A DNA stretch of 64,000 nucleotides. It comes from Bacteroidales bacterium (GTDB lineage Bacteria > Bacteroidota > Bacteroidia > Bacteroidales > BM520). The position numbers and the translations under genes are program-made. A model generated the notes under the pieces. That model was not told the origin of the DNA, ran no database searches, and saw only the letters and a program-made list of their open reading frames with translations. Of this stretch, positions 55,220-64,000 are shown piece after piece. Numbering within the stretch: the stretch's first letter is position 1; the number at the start of each line of letters is the position of its first letter. Location: contig JAQWAE010000012.1 of the NCBI GenBank assembly GCA_028707815.1, positions 2,047-66,046 of the forward strand, in the 5' to 3' direction.

Positions 55220-56458
55220 TTACAGGCAGCCTTCATCATAAGCTTTTTCGCCCATAATAGAGCTATCTATACCTTCTATTTCCTCTTTTTCGCTAATTCT
55301 GACGGGTGTAATTTTATTGATAAGCCACAGGATAAGATAGGTAAATATAAAGCCATAAGCGGCGGCTAATACTGTGGTTATCAGCTCTTTGATAAAGAAA
55401 ACACCTGTGCCGTTAATAAGTCCGTCAGCGCCGTTAGCATTTACGGATGTAGTTGCGAAAACGCCCAGCAATATTGTTCCGACAAATCCGCCTACTCCAT
55501 GTACGCCCCAAACATCTAATGCGTCATCCCATTGGCGGACATTTTTCCATTCTACAGCTAAATAGCAGCATAATCCGGCGATTATACCTATGATAGGAGA
55601 AGCCCACACAGGTACGAATCCGGCACACGGTGTAATTGTTGCTAAACCGGCAATGGAGCCTGTAAGCACGCCAACTAATTTTGGTTTTCTTTTTCTGCCC
55701 CATTCTATTACCAACCATGTTACTAATGCGAAAGATGCGGCTATATCAGTATTTAGGAATGCCATAGCTGTAACAGCATCGACACATAACTCGCTGCCGG
55801 CATTAAAGCCATACCAGCCAAACCACAAAAGTCCGCTGCCAATAGCAACTAAAGGGATGCTGTTTGGTGTGGAATTTTTATCGACACGTGTGCCGACATA
55901 AAACACGGATGCCAAGGCTGCAAAACCTGCTAAAGTATGTACGACAATACCTCCTGCAAAGTCAAGTACGCCCCATTCAGCTAATAATCCTCCGCCCCAA
56001 ATCATGTGACAGAAAGGATAATAAACTAAAAATTGCCATAATGTCAAAAAGATGAAATAGGCTTTAAAAGAAATTCTATTTACGAATGCTCCGGTAATCA
56101 GAGCAGGTGTAATAATAGCGAACATCATTTGAAAAGAAATAAACACCAATTCCGGAATCTGACCGTTGCCGGCTAATGCAGTTGTTGCTGAAATGCCTGA
56201 TAAAAATGCTTTATCAAAATTGCCGAAAATTCCAAAAAAATCGGTGCCGGCTGCCATGGTGCCGCTAAAACATAAAGTATATCCGCAAACGAACCATAAT
56301 ATGGTACTCCAACCCAAAGAAACAAAACTTTGGATCATTATACCTAAGATGTTGCGCTTGGTAGCCAAACCACCGTAAAAGAACGCCAAAGCCGGTGTCA
56401 TCAACATGACCAGACTTGTCGATAAAAGCATAAATGCCGTTGAACCTGTGTCAAACAT
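55220..56458 (-). CDS. amt: Ammonium transporter
   Basis: LVMLMTPALAFFYGG, FQMMFAIIT, DFAGGIVVH, LWFGWYGFN, DDALDVWGVHG. Confidence 0.95.
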   Translation of the reverse strand: MFDTGSTAFMLLSTSLVMLMTPALAFFYGGLATKRNILGIMIQSFVSLGWSTILWFVCGYTLCFSGTMAAGTDFFGIFGNFDKAFLSGISATTALAGNGQIPELVFISFQMMFAIITPALITGAFVNRISFKAYFIFLTLWQFLVYYPFCHMIWGGGLLAEWGVLDFAGGIVVHTLAGFAALASVFYVGTRVDKNSTPNSIPLVAIGSGLLWFGWYGFNAGSELCVDAVTAMAFLNTDIAASFALVTWLVIEWGRKRKPKLVGVLTGSIAGLATITPCAGFVPVWASPIIGIIAGLCCYLAVEWKNVRQWDDALDVWGVHGVGGFVGTILLGVFATTSVNANGADGLINGTGVFFIKELITTVLAAAYGFIFTYLILWLINKITPVRISEKEEIEGIDSSIMGEKAYDEGCL

Positions 56459-56516
56459 AAATATAAAGTTTAAATTAATAAATAAATTTTCATCTCAGCT
56501 ACACATGCAAATAATT

Positions 56517-56653
56517 TGCCTGCAAAAATAAACGATTTGTCTGCAACAACACCCAACATAGGCTTTGTTCTTGTCTGAATATTACAAAAAGATGTCTGCT
56601 GGAAGAATTTTTACTGTCTGAATTTTACCAATTAGCAGATTTTATTATTTTTG
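56517..56653. promoter_or_regulatory. Divergent amt/AraC promoters with phased TGTCTG direct repeats
   Basis: TATTTTTG minus 56523-30 and plus 56646-53; tgcctg 56517, tgtctg 56538, 56572, 56593, 56615. Confidence 0.55.
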
Positions 56654-56670
56654 CATTTGCAAATTTATTG

Positions 56671-57429
56671 ATGATGGAGAAGATTATTTCAGGTTTTGTT
56701 TGGATAATGTCAGTCCTTTGTATGCTGTTAAATACACAGTTGTTATCTGCACAGGGCAAATCTATTAAACGTATCGAAATTCAAGAGAGAGAAGCTTATC
56801 AATTATATCAGCAAAAACAATATAAGGAAGCATGCGATATTTATATTCAAACTACAGCACAACGCACAAATATTCAAACGTCTAAAATACATTTTGAACT
56901 ATTTATCATTTTTCTGATTGTAGTTGTCGGTTTTTTTCTATATTTATATTTAGAGAAACAACGTGCATATAAAAAATTAGTCAGTAAAAACATGCAATGT
57001 GCTGATCGCCCTATTATTTTAGCCGGTACTACGGTCTTTGATACTTCGACTATAACAGATTCAAAGGATGAAATTTTGCTTCAACGACTACAAGAACTTT
57101 TTGAACAAAAGAAAATTTTTTTGGAAAAAGACATCAACCTTGTTGATTTATCGAAGCAATTAGGCACCAATAAAACTACTTTATCTTGGATTATCAACAC
57201 TTATTTACATAAAAATTTGCCCTCTATCCTCAATGAATATAGAATTAACGAAGCTGTTAAATTGCTAACCGATAAAAATAATAATCGCTACAAGATGGAG
57301 GTTATCAGTGAGATGAGTGGTTATCACAACCGTCAAGCCTTTCATGTTGCTTTTAAAAAGGAGACCGGATTGACACCGAGCGATTTCAGGAAGCTATCTC
57401 AAGGGAAAAATCTATCGGAAGAAGTATAA
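56671..57429 (+). CDS. Membrane-anchored AraC-family transcriptional regulator
   Basis: Signal-like N-terminus, short helical segment, one TM (LFIIFLIVVVGFFLYLYL), C-terminal AraC HTH (LGTNKTTLS, NEYRI, FHVAFKKETGLTPSDFR). Confidence 0.85.
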   Translation: MMEKIISGFVWIMSVLCMLLNTQLLSAQGKSIKRIEIQEREAYQLYQQKQYKEACDIYIQTTAQRTNIQTSKIHFELFIIFLIVVVGFFLYLYLEKQRAYKKLVSKNMQCADRPIILAGTTVFDTSTITDSKDEILLQRLQELFEQKKIFLEKDINLVDLSKQLGTNKTTLSWIINTYLHKNLPSILNEYRINEAVKLLTDKNNNRYKMEVISEMSGYHNRQAFHVAFKKETGLTPSDFRKLSQGKNLSEEV

Positions 57430-57620
57430 TTTATAATTTATTGAAATTCTGTGCGTTGCGCTTGCATAACGTCTTTTCCGATTTTTATGATTATGGCTAA
57501 AATGCTGTATATGTAAAAAATTTACTACTTTTGCTTTTTGATACAGATAATACAAAACAAAAATGATTTAACGATATAATATTTTGTTTATCAATCATTA
57601 ACAATAAAAAAGGAGGTTTT

Positions 57621-58406
57621 ATGTCACATACTATGATGACTATTTTAGGGATATGTTTTATTTTTTTAATGACGACATCCGGTGCGGCACTTGTATTTTT
57701 TTTCAAGAATATTTCGCCAAGGACAAATTCTGTTTTTTTAGGTTTTGCGTCCGGCATTATGATAGCAGCATCTATATGGTCGTTGTTGATTCCGGCGATG
57801 GAGCAATCTGCGGGATGGGGAAAGTGGAGTGTTTTACCTGCTGCGACAGGTTTTCTTTTAGGGGGCTTATTTTTAGTTTTCATAGATAAATTAGTACCGC
57901 ATTTTCATCAGGGGACACAGCACGAAGAAGGTCTTCACAGTTCGATAAATAAGTCGGCAAAATTATTTTTAGCCGTAACCATTCATAATATTCCTGAAGG
58001 ATTATCTGTTGGTTTTGCTTTTGGTGCAGCGGCATCTATCGGCACTGATGCGGCGTTCATTTCGGCGTTGGGGTTAGCTCTCGGCATAGGCATACAAAAT
58101 TTCCCCGAAGGAGCTGCTGTGTCACTGCCGATAAAACAAGCTGTCGGGGAACCTAAACAAGCCTTTCTCATGGGAATGGGCAGTGGTGCCGTAGAGCCTG
58201 TTGCTGCCGTTTTAGGGTTCTTCCTCGCATCATATATAGAGGCTTTACAACCGTGGTTACTTGCTTTTGCCGCCGGTGCTATGATATTTGTTGTCGCCGA
58301 AGATTTAATACCCGACATAAGATTTGATGATGATTCTCATATCGGTATTTGGGGTTTGATGTTCGGATTTGTACTGATGATGATATTAGACGTGGCATTA
58401 GGTTAA
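57621..58406 (+). CDS. zupT: ZIP-family metal (zinc) transporter
   Basis: GFASGIMIAAS, HNIPEG, QNFPEG, AFAAGAMIFVV; His-containing loop PHFHQGTQHEEG. Confidence 0.9.
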   Translation: MSHTMMTILGICFIFLMTTSGAALVFFFKNISPRTNSVFLGFASGIMIAASIWSLLIPAMEQSAGWGKWSVLPAATGFLLGGLFLVFIDKLVPHFHQGTQHEEGLHSSINKSAKLFLAVTIHNIPEGLSVGFAFGAAASIGTDAAFISALGLALGIGIQNFPEGAAVSLPIKQAVGEPKQAFLMGMGSGAVEPVAAVLGFFLASYIEALQPWLLAFAAGAMIFVVAEDLIPDIRFDDDSHIGIWGLMFGFVLMMILDVALG

Positions 58407-58626
58407 ACACAGGACATCATGAACCAACGGATATGGCTTTTCCTGACCCGACCCAACAGACGTAGATTCAAGTAGCATTGCGAAAATACAATAAAGAATT
58501 GAGAAATATAGATTTAAAGGTGTAATTTTTGATATTATGTCAAATTTGCATTAGTTGCATTTGATTTTAAAGTGTTTATAATCAAGATGTTTATTTGCAT
58601 ATATTGTTTTTCTGTTTTTTCTTCCT

Positions 58627-58920
58627 TTACTTTTTTATGATTAGAAAAGTAACAAAAAAGTCTTCCGCTGCGTCAAAACCACATCAGCCAAGGCTGGTCT
58701 GCATTGTTGCTTTGCAACAATTTTGGGTTTGCCTTATCAGCTTATAAATTTCCTGACATGACCCCGTAGGGGTCGCATATCTATAGCCTGAAATTTATGA
58801 CACAGCTGCCAACGACCCCTGCGGGGTCACATGTTTGTATGGGTTGCTTGTTTGTAATTGATAAACAGCAATTTTTTCCATAAGCATGCTTTGTTCCGTC
58901 AAGGACAATAGCTTGGTAGC
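58627..58920. repeat. Cluster of REP-like/MITE-like hairpins
   Basis: ttactttt..aaaagtaa (58627-52), attgttgc/gcaacaat (58703-21), inverted pair gaccccgtaggggtc (58760-74) and gacccctgcggggtc (58814-28), gttccgtcaaggac (~58893-906). Confidence 0.55.
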
Positions 58921-58922
58921 CG

Positions 58923-59292
58923 GACTATGGCTCCTTTGTTCTTATGTCCTACAATAGTATCCATTTCCCAATCACCAAAGCGTTTACCGTCAACTTCCGG
59001 CGGACGTTGGTCTATGCTTATCCTATTTAAGATAGGCAATGCTTTGTTTTTCGCTGTTTACGGGCTGTCGCTTGTCGTTGAGCGTATGCCGGATGGCAGA
59101 AATTACATACCTTTGCTCCGAGGTTAATTGTTTGTACATCATAGCAACGCAAAATTAATTAATCTTAAGGGACTTTATCAAAAATAAAGTCTCTTTTTTT
59201 TGTTATTGCTATTTGCAACCTATTGATGTTCTTTTGTGAAGCGTAGCGAAACAAAAGAACATCAATAGGTTGCACTTCTTATTTGAAATTTT
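58923..59292 (-). pseudogene. IS30-family remnant (left end, N-terminus and start of the DDE domain; internally deleted and frameshifted)
   Basis: Minus strand MYKQLTSEQRYVIS (ATG 59139), then in another frame NRISIDQRPPEVDGKRFGDWEMDTIVGHKNKGAIV; TIR-like gttgcacttcttatttgaa at 59269; outer end approximate. Confidence 0.8.
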
Positions 59293-59332
59293 AGGTGCCT
59301 GAAATTATAAAACTTCAAGCACCCTTTTTTTT
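59293..59332. terminator. Terminator-like hairpin downstream of hcp
   Basis: ggtgcctgaa...ttcaagcacc with T-run on the plus side; the IS30 end abuts the other side. Confidence 0.6.
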
Positions 59333-59352
59333 ATGACAGAAATTTTTCAGGA

Positions 59353-60969
59353 TTACATAAACAACTTCATATCTTCGTCAACGGTTGTAATTCCTCCGAT
59401 GCCGAACTTTTCTATCAGGACTTTGGCAACATTGGGCGAAAGAAAAGCCGGAAGGGTAGGACCGAGATGAATGTTTTTTACTCCAAGAGAAAGCAATGCC
59501 AATAAAACAATCACGGCTTTTTGCTCGTACCATGCAATATTATAAACGATAGGCAATTGGTTAATGTCGTCCAAACCAAAGACTTCTTTCAGCTTGAGGG
59601 CAATCAAAGCCAACGAATAGCTGTCGTTGCACTGTCCGGCATCCAAAACGCGTGGAATGCCGCCAATATCGCCAAGCGGAAGCTTGTTGTAGCGATATTT
59701 TGCACAACCGGCGGTGAGAATAACTGTGTTCTTTGGTAATGCTTCGGCAAAGTCGGTATAGTAGCTGCGACTTTTCATGCGACCGTCACAGCCTGCCATC
59801 ACCACAAATTTACGAATGGCACCCGATTTAACGGCATCTACCACCTTGTCGGCAAGAGCCAAGACTTGTGCGTGGGCAAAACCTCCGACAATTTCGCCGG
59901 TTTCAATCTCCTTAGGCGGAGCACAGCGTTTGGCGTGTTCTATGATAACCGAAAAATCTTTCGACTTTCCCTGTTCTCTGTTTGCAATATGCGGGAATCC
60001 GGGAAATCCGGCAGAGCCGGTAGTATAAACCCTGTCGATGTATGTAGCGGTCGAACGAGGAGGTACAATGCAGTTGGTCGTAAACAGAATAGGACCGTTA
60101 AAAGATTCAAAGTCATCGGTTTGTTTCCACCACGCACTGCCATAATTGCCTGCAAAGTGGGCATATTTTTTAAAGGCAGGGTAATAATGTGCCGGCAACA
60201 TCTCACTGTGAGTATAAACATCTACACCCGTTCCTTCGGTTTGTTCCAACAAATCCTGCATATCGCGTAAGTCGTGTCCCGAAATAAGAATGGCAGGATT
60301 TTTACGCACGCCGATATTTACTTTGGTAATTTCAGGATTGCCATACGTTGAGGTGTTGGCATTGTCAAGCATCGCCATTGTCTTGACACCGAGCTGTCCG
60401 ACACCAAGAACAAGATTTACCAATTCGTCAGCCCCAATGTCGTGGCGAGAAATTTCAGCAAGTGCCGTTTCAAGACCTTCATAAATCGAAAGGTCTTCAT
60501 AACCGAGGTTGAGAGCATGTTCAGCGTAAGCAGCAGCACCTTTTACACCGTAAATAACCAACTGTTTCAGCGAGCGTAAATCTTCATTCTCTTCAGCCAA
60601 AACGCCAACCGGCAAGTGTGGCGTTTTGTGTAACTCATCGACATTCGGCAATGCGATACCCCTCTTTTCAGCTGTTCCGATAAGCTCGTTACGAATCTCA
60701 ACACCTTTTTTGATACGTTCTTCGATAGCAGCAATATCAAAATTGGCATTGGTAATAGTACAGAATAATGCATCAAGGATAAACCGGCTTGCCTTATTAT
60801 CGGCATTGCCTTTTTTGCGAAGCTCGTTGTTCGCAATGGCTATACCACGAACAATGTAAAGCAAAGAATCCATTGATGATGCTGTTTGAGGCTCTTTGCC
60901 ACAAACTCCTTTTACAGTGCAGCCTTTTCCGGCGGCTGCTTCCTGACATTGATAACAAAACATACTCAT
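59353..60969 (-). CDS. hcp: Hybrid cluster protein (hydroxylamine/NO reductase)
   Basis: [64 protein letters not shown]. Confidence 0.97.
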   Translation of the reverse strand: MSMFCYQCQEAAAGKGCTVKGVCGKEPQTASSMDSLLYIVRGIAIANNELRKKGNADNKASRFILDALFCTITNANFDIAAIEERIKKGVEIRNELIGTAEKRGIALPNVDELHKTPHLPVGVLAEENEDLRSLKQLVIYGVKGAAAYAEHALNLGYEDLSIYEGLETALAEISRHDIGADELVNLVLGVGQLGVKTMAMLDNANTSTYGNPEITKVNIGVRKNPAILISGHDLRDMQDLLEQTEGTGVDVYTHSEMLPAHYYPAFKKYAHFAGNYGSAWWKQTDDFESFNGPILFTTNCIVPPRSTATYIDRVYTTGSAGFPGFPHIANREQGKSKDFSVIIEHAKRCAPPKEIETGEIVGGFAHAQVLALADKVVDAVKSGAIRKFVVMAGCDGRMKSRSYYTDFAEALPKNTVILTAGCAKYRYNKLPLGDIGGIPRVLDAGQCNDSYSLALIALKLKEVFGLDDINQLPIVYNIAWYEQKAVIVLLALLSLGVKNIHLGPTLPAFLSPNVAKVLIEKFGIGGITTVDEDMKLFM

Positions 60970-60987
60970 AATAATATAATTTTAAGG

Positions 60988-61833
60988 TTAAACCCAAGTT
61001 TCATTTTTTACCTCTCCTTGAAGTCCGATTATGACCTGCTTAATAGGCACTTTCCGCATTGCTTTGTCGGCAGCCATTTTCGCTATCTGCATTAAGCCTC
61101 CGCAACAAGGAACTTCCATAATAACAACGGTCAGAGTGTTTATTTTGGCTGAATCAATCATTTTAGTAATTTTTTCGACATATTCCTCTTTGTTGCTATC
61201 CAATTTCGGACAAGCGATAGCCAATTTCTTTCCTTTTAAAAATCTGTTATGAAAATCGCCGAAAGCGAAGGCTGTGCAATCTGCCGCCAAAACAACATCT
61301 TCGCCGGTGAAATATCCTGCTTCAGGATTTAAAAGATGAAGTTGAACAGGCCAATGCGTAAGTTGCGACTGCGGCACATTATCTTCCGAAACGACAGCAG
61401 TTGCAGTCGAAGCAGCAAATGAACGAGCTATTGAGCCGGGGCAGCCACATGCCATTTTTGACTCTGCATTGGTCAGCGAACTTATGTCAACATTCAGGTT
61501 GTGTTCACGGATATAATCAATACCTTGTACAAAATATTCTTTCTCGCCGTGGTCTTTCAGATGTTTCAGATGTGCAACGATTGTTTTTTCACCTTTGGAC
61601 GAGATACGTTCCATAACAGCCGTTTCATTATAAGGCTCAACATCACGTTCCTCGATTTTAATCGCTCCGGTTGGACATTCACCAATGCAGGCTCCCAACC
61701 CGTCACAATAAAGCTCGCTTACAATACGTGCCTTTCCGTCAATAAGTTGAAGCGCACCTTCGTGGCACCCTTCTACGCAAGAACCGCAACCATTGCAAAG
61801 TTGCTCGTCTATTGAAATGATTTTTCTTTTCAT
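60988..61833 (-). CDS. 2x[4Fe-4S] ferredoxin-domain protein associated with hcp
   Basis: CNGCGSCVEGC, CDGLGACIGECP, CGCPG, WPVQL, AADC, ACPKLD, MEVPCCGG. Confidence 0.88.
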   Translation of the reverse strand: MKRKIISIDEQLCNGCGSCVEGCHEGALQLIDGKARIVSELYCDGLGACIGECPTGAIKIEERDVEPYNETAVMERISSKGEKTIVAHLKHLKDHGEKEYFVQGIDYIREHNLNVDISSLTNAESKMACGCPGSIARSFAASTATAVVSEDNVPQSQLTHWPVQLHLLNPEAGYFTGEDVVLAADCTAFAFGDFHNRFLKGKKLAIACPKLDSNKEEYVEKITKMIDSAKINTLTVVIMEVPCCGGLMQIAKMAADKAMRKVPIKQVIIGLQGEVKNETWV

Positions 61834-61886
61834 AACTGTTGTTTCTTATTTTTCGGTAAAAGTATTTACGATACGCAATATAATCC

Positions 61887-61900
61887 GTAACAAATGTTAC
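61887..61900. promoter_or_regulatory. HcpR-type operator
   Basis: Perfect palindrome GTAAC-AAAT-GTTAC between the divergent ferredoxin-hcp operon and the Crp/Fnr gene. Confidence 0.7.
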
Positions 61901-61935
61901 CAATCAAAAAAATTATTATTTTTGCAAAAAAAATT

Positions 61936-62610
61936 ATGGAAAAGCAAGATTTGTTATTCTTTTGTACCCTATGTCGTGAAAAGCCGGCAGCAGAGATTGA
62001 AAAATTGCAATGCACCATTTCGCATACCGTAAAAAATTTCAAGCGAGATGAATATATTGCTTATCAAGGTGATAAAGTTACGCGTCTTGTTATGTTAATT
62101 CGTGGAAAAGTTAGAACGGAAATAGTATCAAGTTCGGGTCTCACGCTTCCGATGAATGACATATCTGCACCATTTCCACTTGCAGCAGCCTTTTTGTTTG
62201 CCGATGACAACAGTTTTCCTGTTGACGTAATTGCGTTGGAAGAATGTGAAGTAATCTATATTTCAAAAGAGGCGGTTGAGAAGCAAATGGCAAAGTGTGC
62301 CGGATTTATGCGTGGTTTTATGGATTTTAATGCCAATCAGATGCAAAATATTTCTGAAAGATTGAAGATTTTTGCTCAAAAAGGCATTAAGGCGAAAGTC
62401 GCCTATTATCTGCTCTCACGGGAGAAAAAGGGAGCATTTGAATTGGATAGGAGTGTGGCTTCACTTGCCGGTTATATCGGCGTGGAGCGACCTTCTTTGT
62501 CAAGAGCGATTTCGGAAATGGTGCGTGACGGAATTATCACCTTTCATTCAGGGAAAGGCACGATAATTAATTTTGATGCGATGGAAGCGTTGCTTATCCG
62601 AGGAGCGTAA
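61936..62610 (+). CDS. hcpR: Crp/Fnr-family regulator (HcpR-like)
   Basis: cNMP-binding fold plus HTH LAGYIGVERPSLSRAI; divergent from hcp; ATG 61936 follows a -7 element at 61917-24. Confidence 0.85.
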   Translation: MEKQDLLFFCTLCREKPAAEIEKLQCTISHTVKNFKRDEYIAYQGDKVTRLVMLIRGKVRTEIVSSSGLTLPMNDISAPFPLAAAFLFADDNSFPVDVIALEECEVIYISKEAVEKQMAKCAGFMRGFMDFNANQMQNISERLKIFAQKGIKAKVAYYLLSREKKGAFELDRSVASLAGYIGVERPSLSRAISEMVRDGIITFHSGKGTIINFDAMEALLIRGA

Positions 62611-62677
62611 AAATGGTATGGAAAACGTAATTCGGGTCTTCTTCATTCCGTATTCACGTTATATTTTTGCACTTTAA

Positions 62678-63134
<457 letters not shown>

Positions 63135-63211
63135 ATCGGTTGTCCAATGTATGGACAACCGAATACGTATAAGAATTACGCTGTTGTATCAGTGTGAGTG
63201 AATTGAATGAC

Positions 63212-63243
63212 ACAGTCGGGACGAAGGTTCCGACTGTTTTTTT
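63212..63243 (+). terminator. Intrinsic terminator
   Basis: acagtcgggac-gaag-gttccgactgt then T-run. Confidence 0.7.
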
Positions 63244-64000
63244 AATCCATGTCTGTCTTAACTTGTGCGCCCGACAGTTCCCATGCTTTTGAAACAGCTT
63301 CATTGATGTCGCTGCAAATGTTCTCGGCTCCGACTTTTTTATCGAATTCCGATTTGATTAGAACATCTCTTACACTTTTGTTGACACCGGAAAGAATCAG
63401 AGTGATGCCTTCATCTTTTGACATTCGATAAAGGTTTTCGAGGTTGTGCAATCCTGTTGAGTCCATGAATGGAACTTTACGCATTCTAATGATTCGCAGT
63501 TTGGCTTGTTTGCCAATGCTGTGCATCACATCGTCGAATTTGCTGGCAACACCGAAAAAGAAAGGTCCGTCAATTTCGTAAACTTCCACGCCTTCCGGCA
63601 AGGTGAGTACTTCTTTGTCGTGATGTATTTCGCTTTCGTTAGAGAGGTCGATACTATCCTTTACGACCGACACATGAGTGGTTTCGGCAACACGTTTCAT
63701 GAACAGTAGCATGGCAATCAGCAGACCAACTTCAATAGCAATGGTCAAGTCGAATATCACTGTCAGGAAAAAAGTAATTAAAAGTACTGAGACATCGCTT
63801 TTGGGGTTTTTCATCAGAGAACGGAAGGTACGCCATCCGCTCATGTTGTATGATACAATGATTAGAACACCTGCTAAACACGACATTGGAATGTGTTTGG
63901 TAAGTGGTCCTAAAAAGAGAAGAATTAGTAAAAGCACAAAAGCATGAATAATGCCTGAGATGGGTGTTTTTCCGCCGTTGTTGATGTTGGTCATGGTACG
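63242..64000 (-). CDS. sulP: SulP-family anion transporter with STAS domain (5' part outside the window)
   Basis: RTMTNINNGGKTPISGIIHA, IPMSCLAGVL, YEIDGPFFFG, VPFMDSTG. Confidence 0.92.
   Translation of the reverse strand, partial: RTMTNINNGGKTPISGIIHAFVLLLILLFLGPLTKHIPMSCLAGVLIIVSYNMSGWRTFRSLMKNPKSDVSVLLITFFLTVIFDLTIAIEVGLLIAMLLFMKRVAETTHVSVVKDSIDLSNESEIHHDKEVLTLPEGVEVYEIDGPFFFGVASKFDDVMHSIGKQAKLRIIRMRKVPFMDSTGLHNLENLYRMSKDEGITLILSGVNKSVRDVLIKSEFDKKVGAENICSDINEAVSKAWELSGAQVKTDMD

Noticed and set aside
58927-59127. 66-aa plus-strand ORF in the intergenic region
   Set aside because: It is the antisense of the IS30 transposase remnant

Overview
64 kb of a low-GC Bacteroidales-type chromosome (many TAnnTTTG -7 promoter elements, SprA, T9SS cargo, long S16, ruvA-sprA-gcvH and dapF-GNAT-mltG gene orders). 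Most of it is core housekeeping: rpsA, gap, ispG, cysS, ruvA, recF, an rpmG-DUF4295-rpsP-rplM-rpsI-rpsB-tsf cluster, mltG and dapF. Mixed in are envelope and secreted functions: two tandem patatin-POTRA-beta-barrel proteins, a T9SS cargo protein with a duplicated ~200-aa domain, a MauE/DoxX-thioredoxin fusion, SprA, and an Arg-gingipain-like C25 protease with five Cys-containing FN3 repeats. An IS1634 element lies after tsf, next to a GH2 + GH63 (YgjK-like) pair. The last ~8 kb look accessory and decaying: amt divergent from a membrane-anchored AraC with phased direct repeats, a ZIP transporter with a strong SD, about 950 bp of REP-like hairpins plus an IS30 remnant, an HcpR/ferredoxin/hcp nitrosative-stress module, a chimeric aldo-keto-reductase/flavodoxin pseudogene, and a partial sulP. 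I saw no CRISPR array, rRNA or tRNA. The best candidates for an undescribed system are hypotheses only: (i) GH63+GH2 removing the collagen Glc-a1,2-Gal glycan alongside a T9SS protease, (ii) a PII-less amt controlled by a membrane AraC, (iii) the MauE-thioredoxin fusion as an oxidative-folding factor for Cys-rich T9SS cargo. All calls come from motif recognition by eye; no searches were run.
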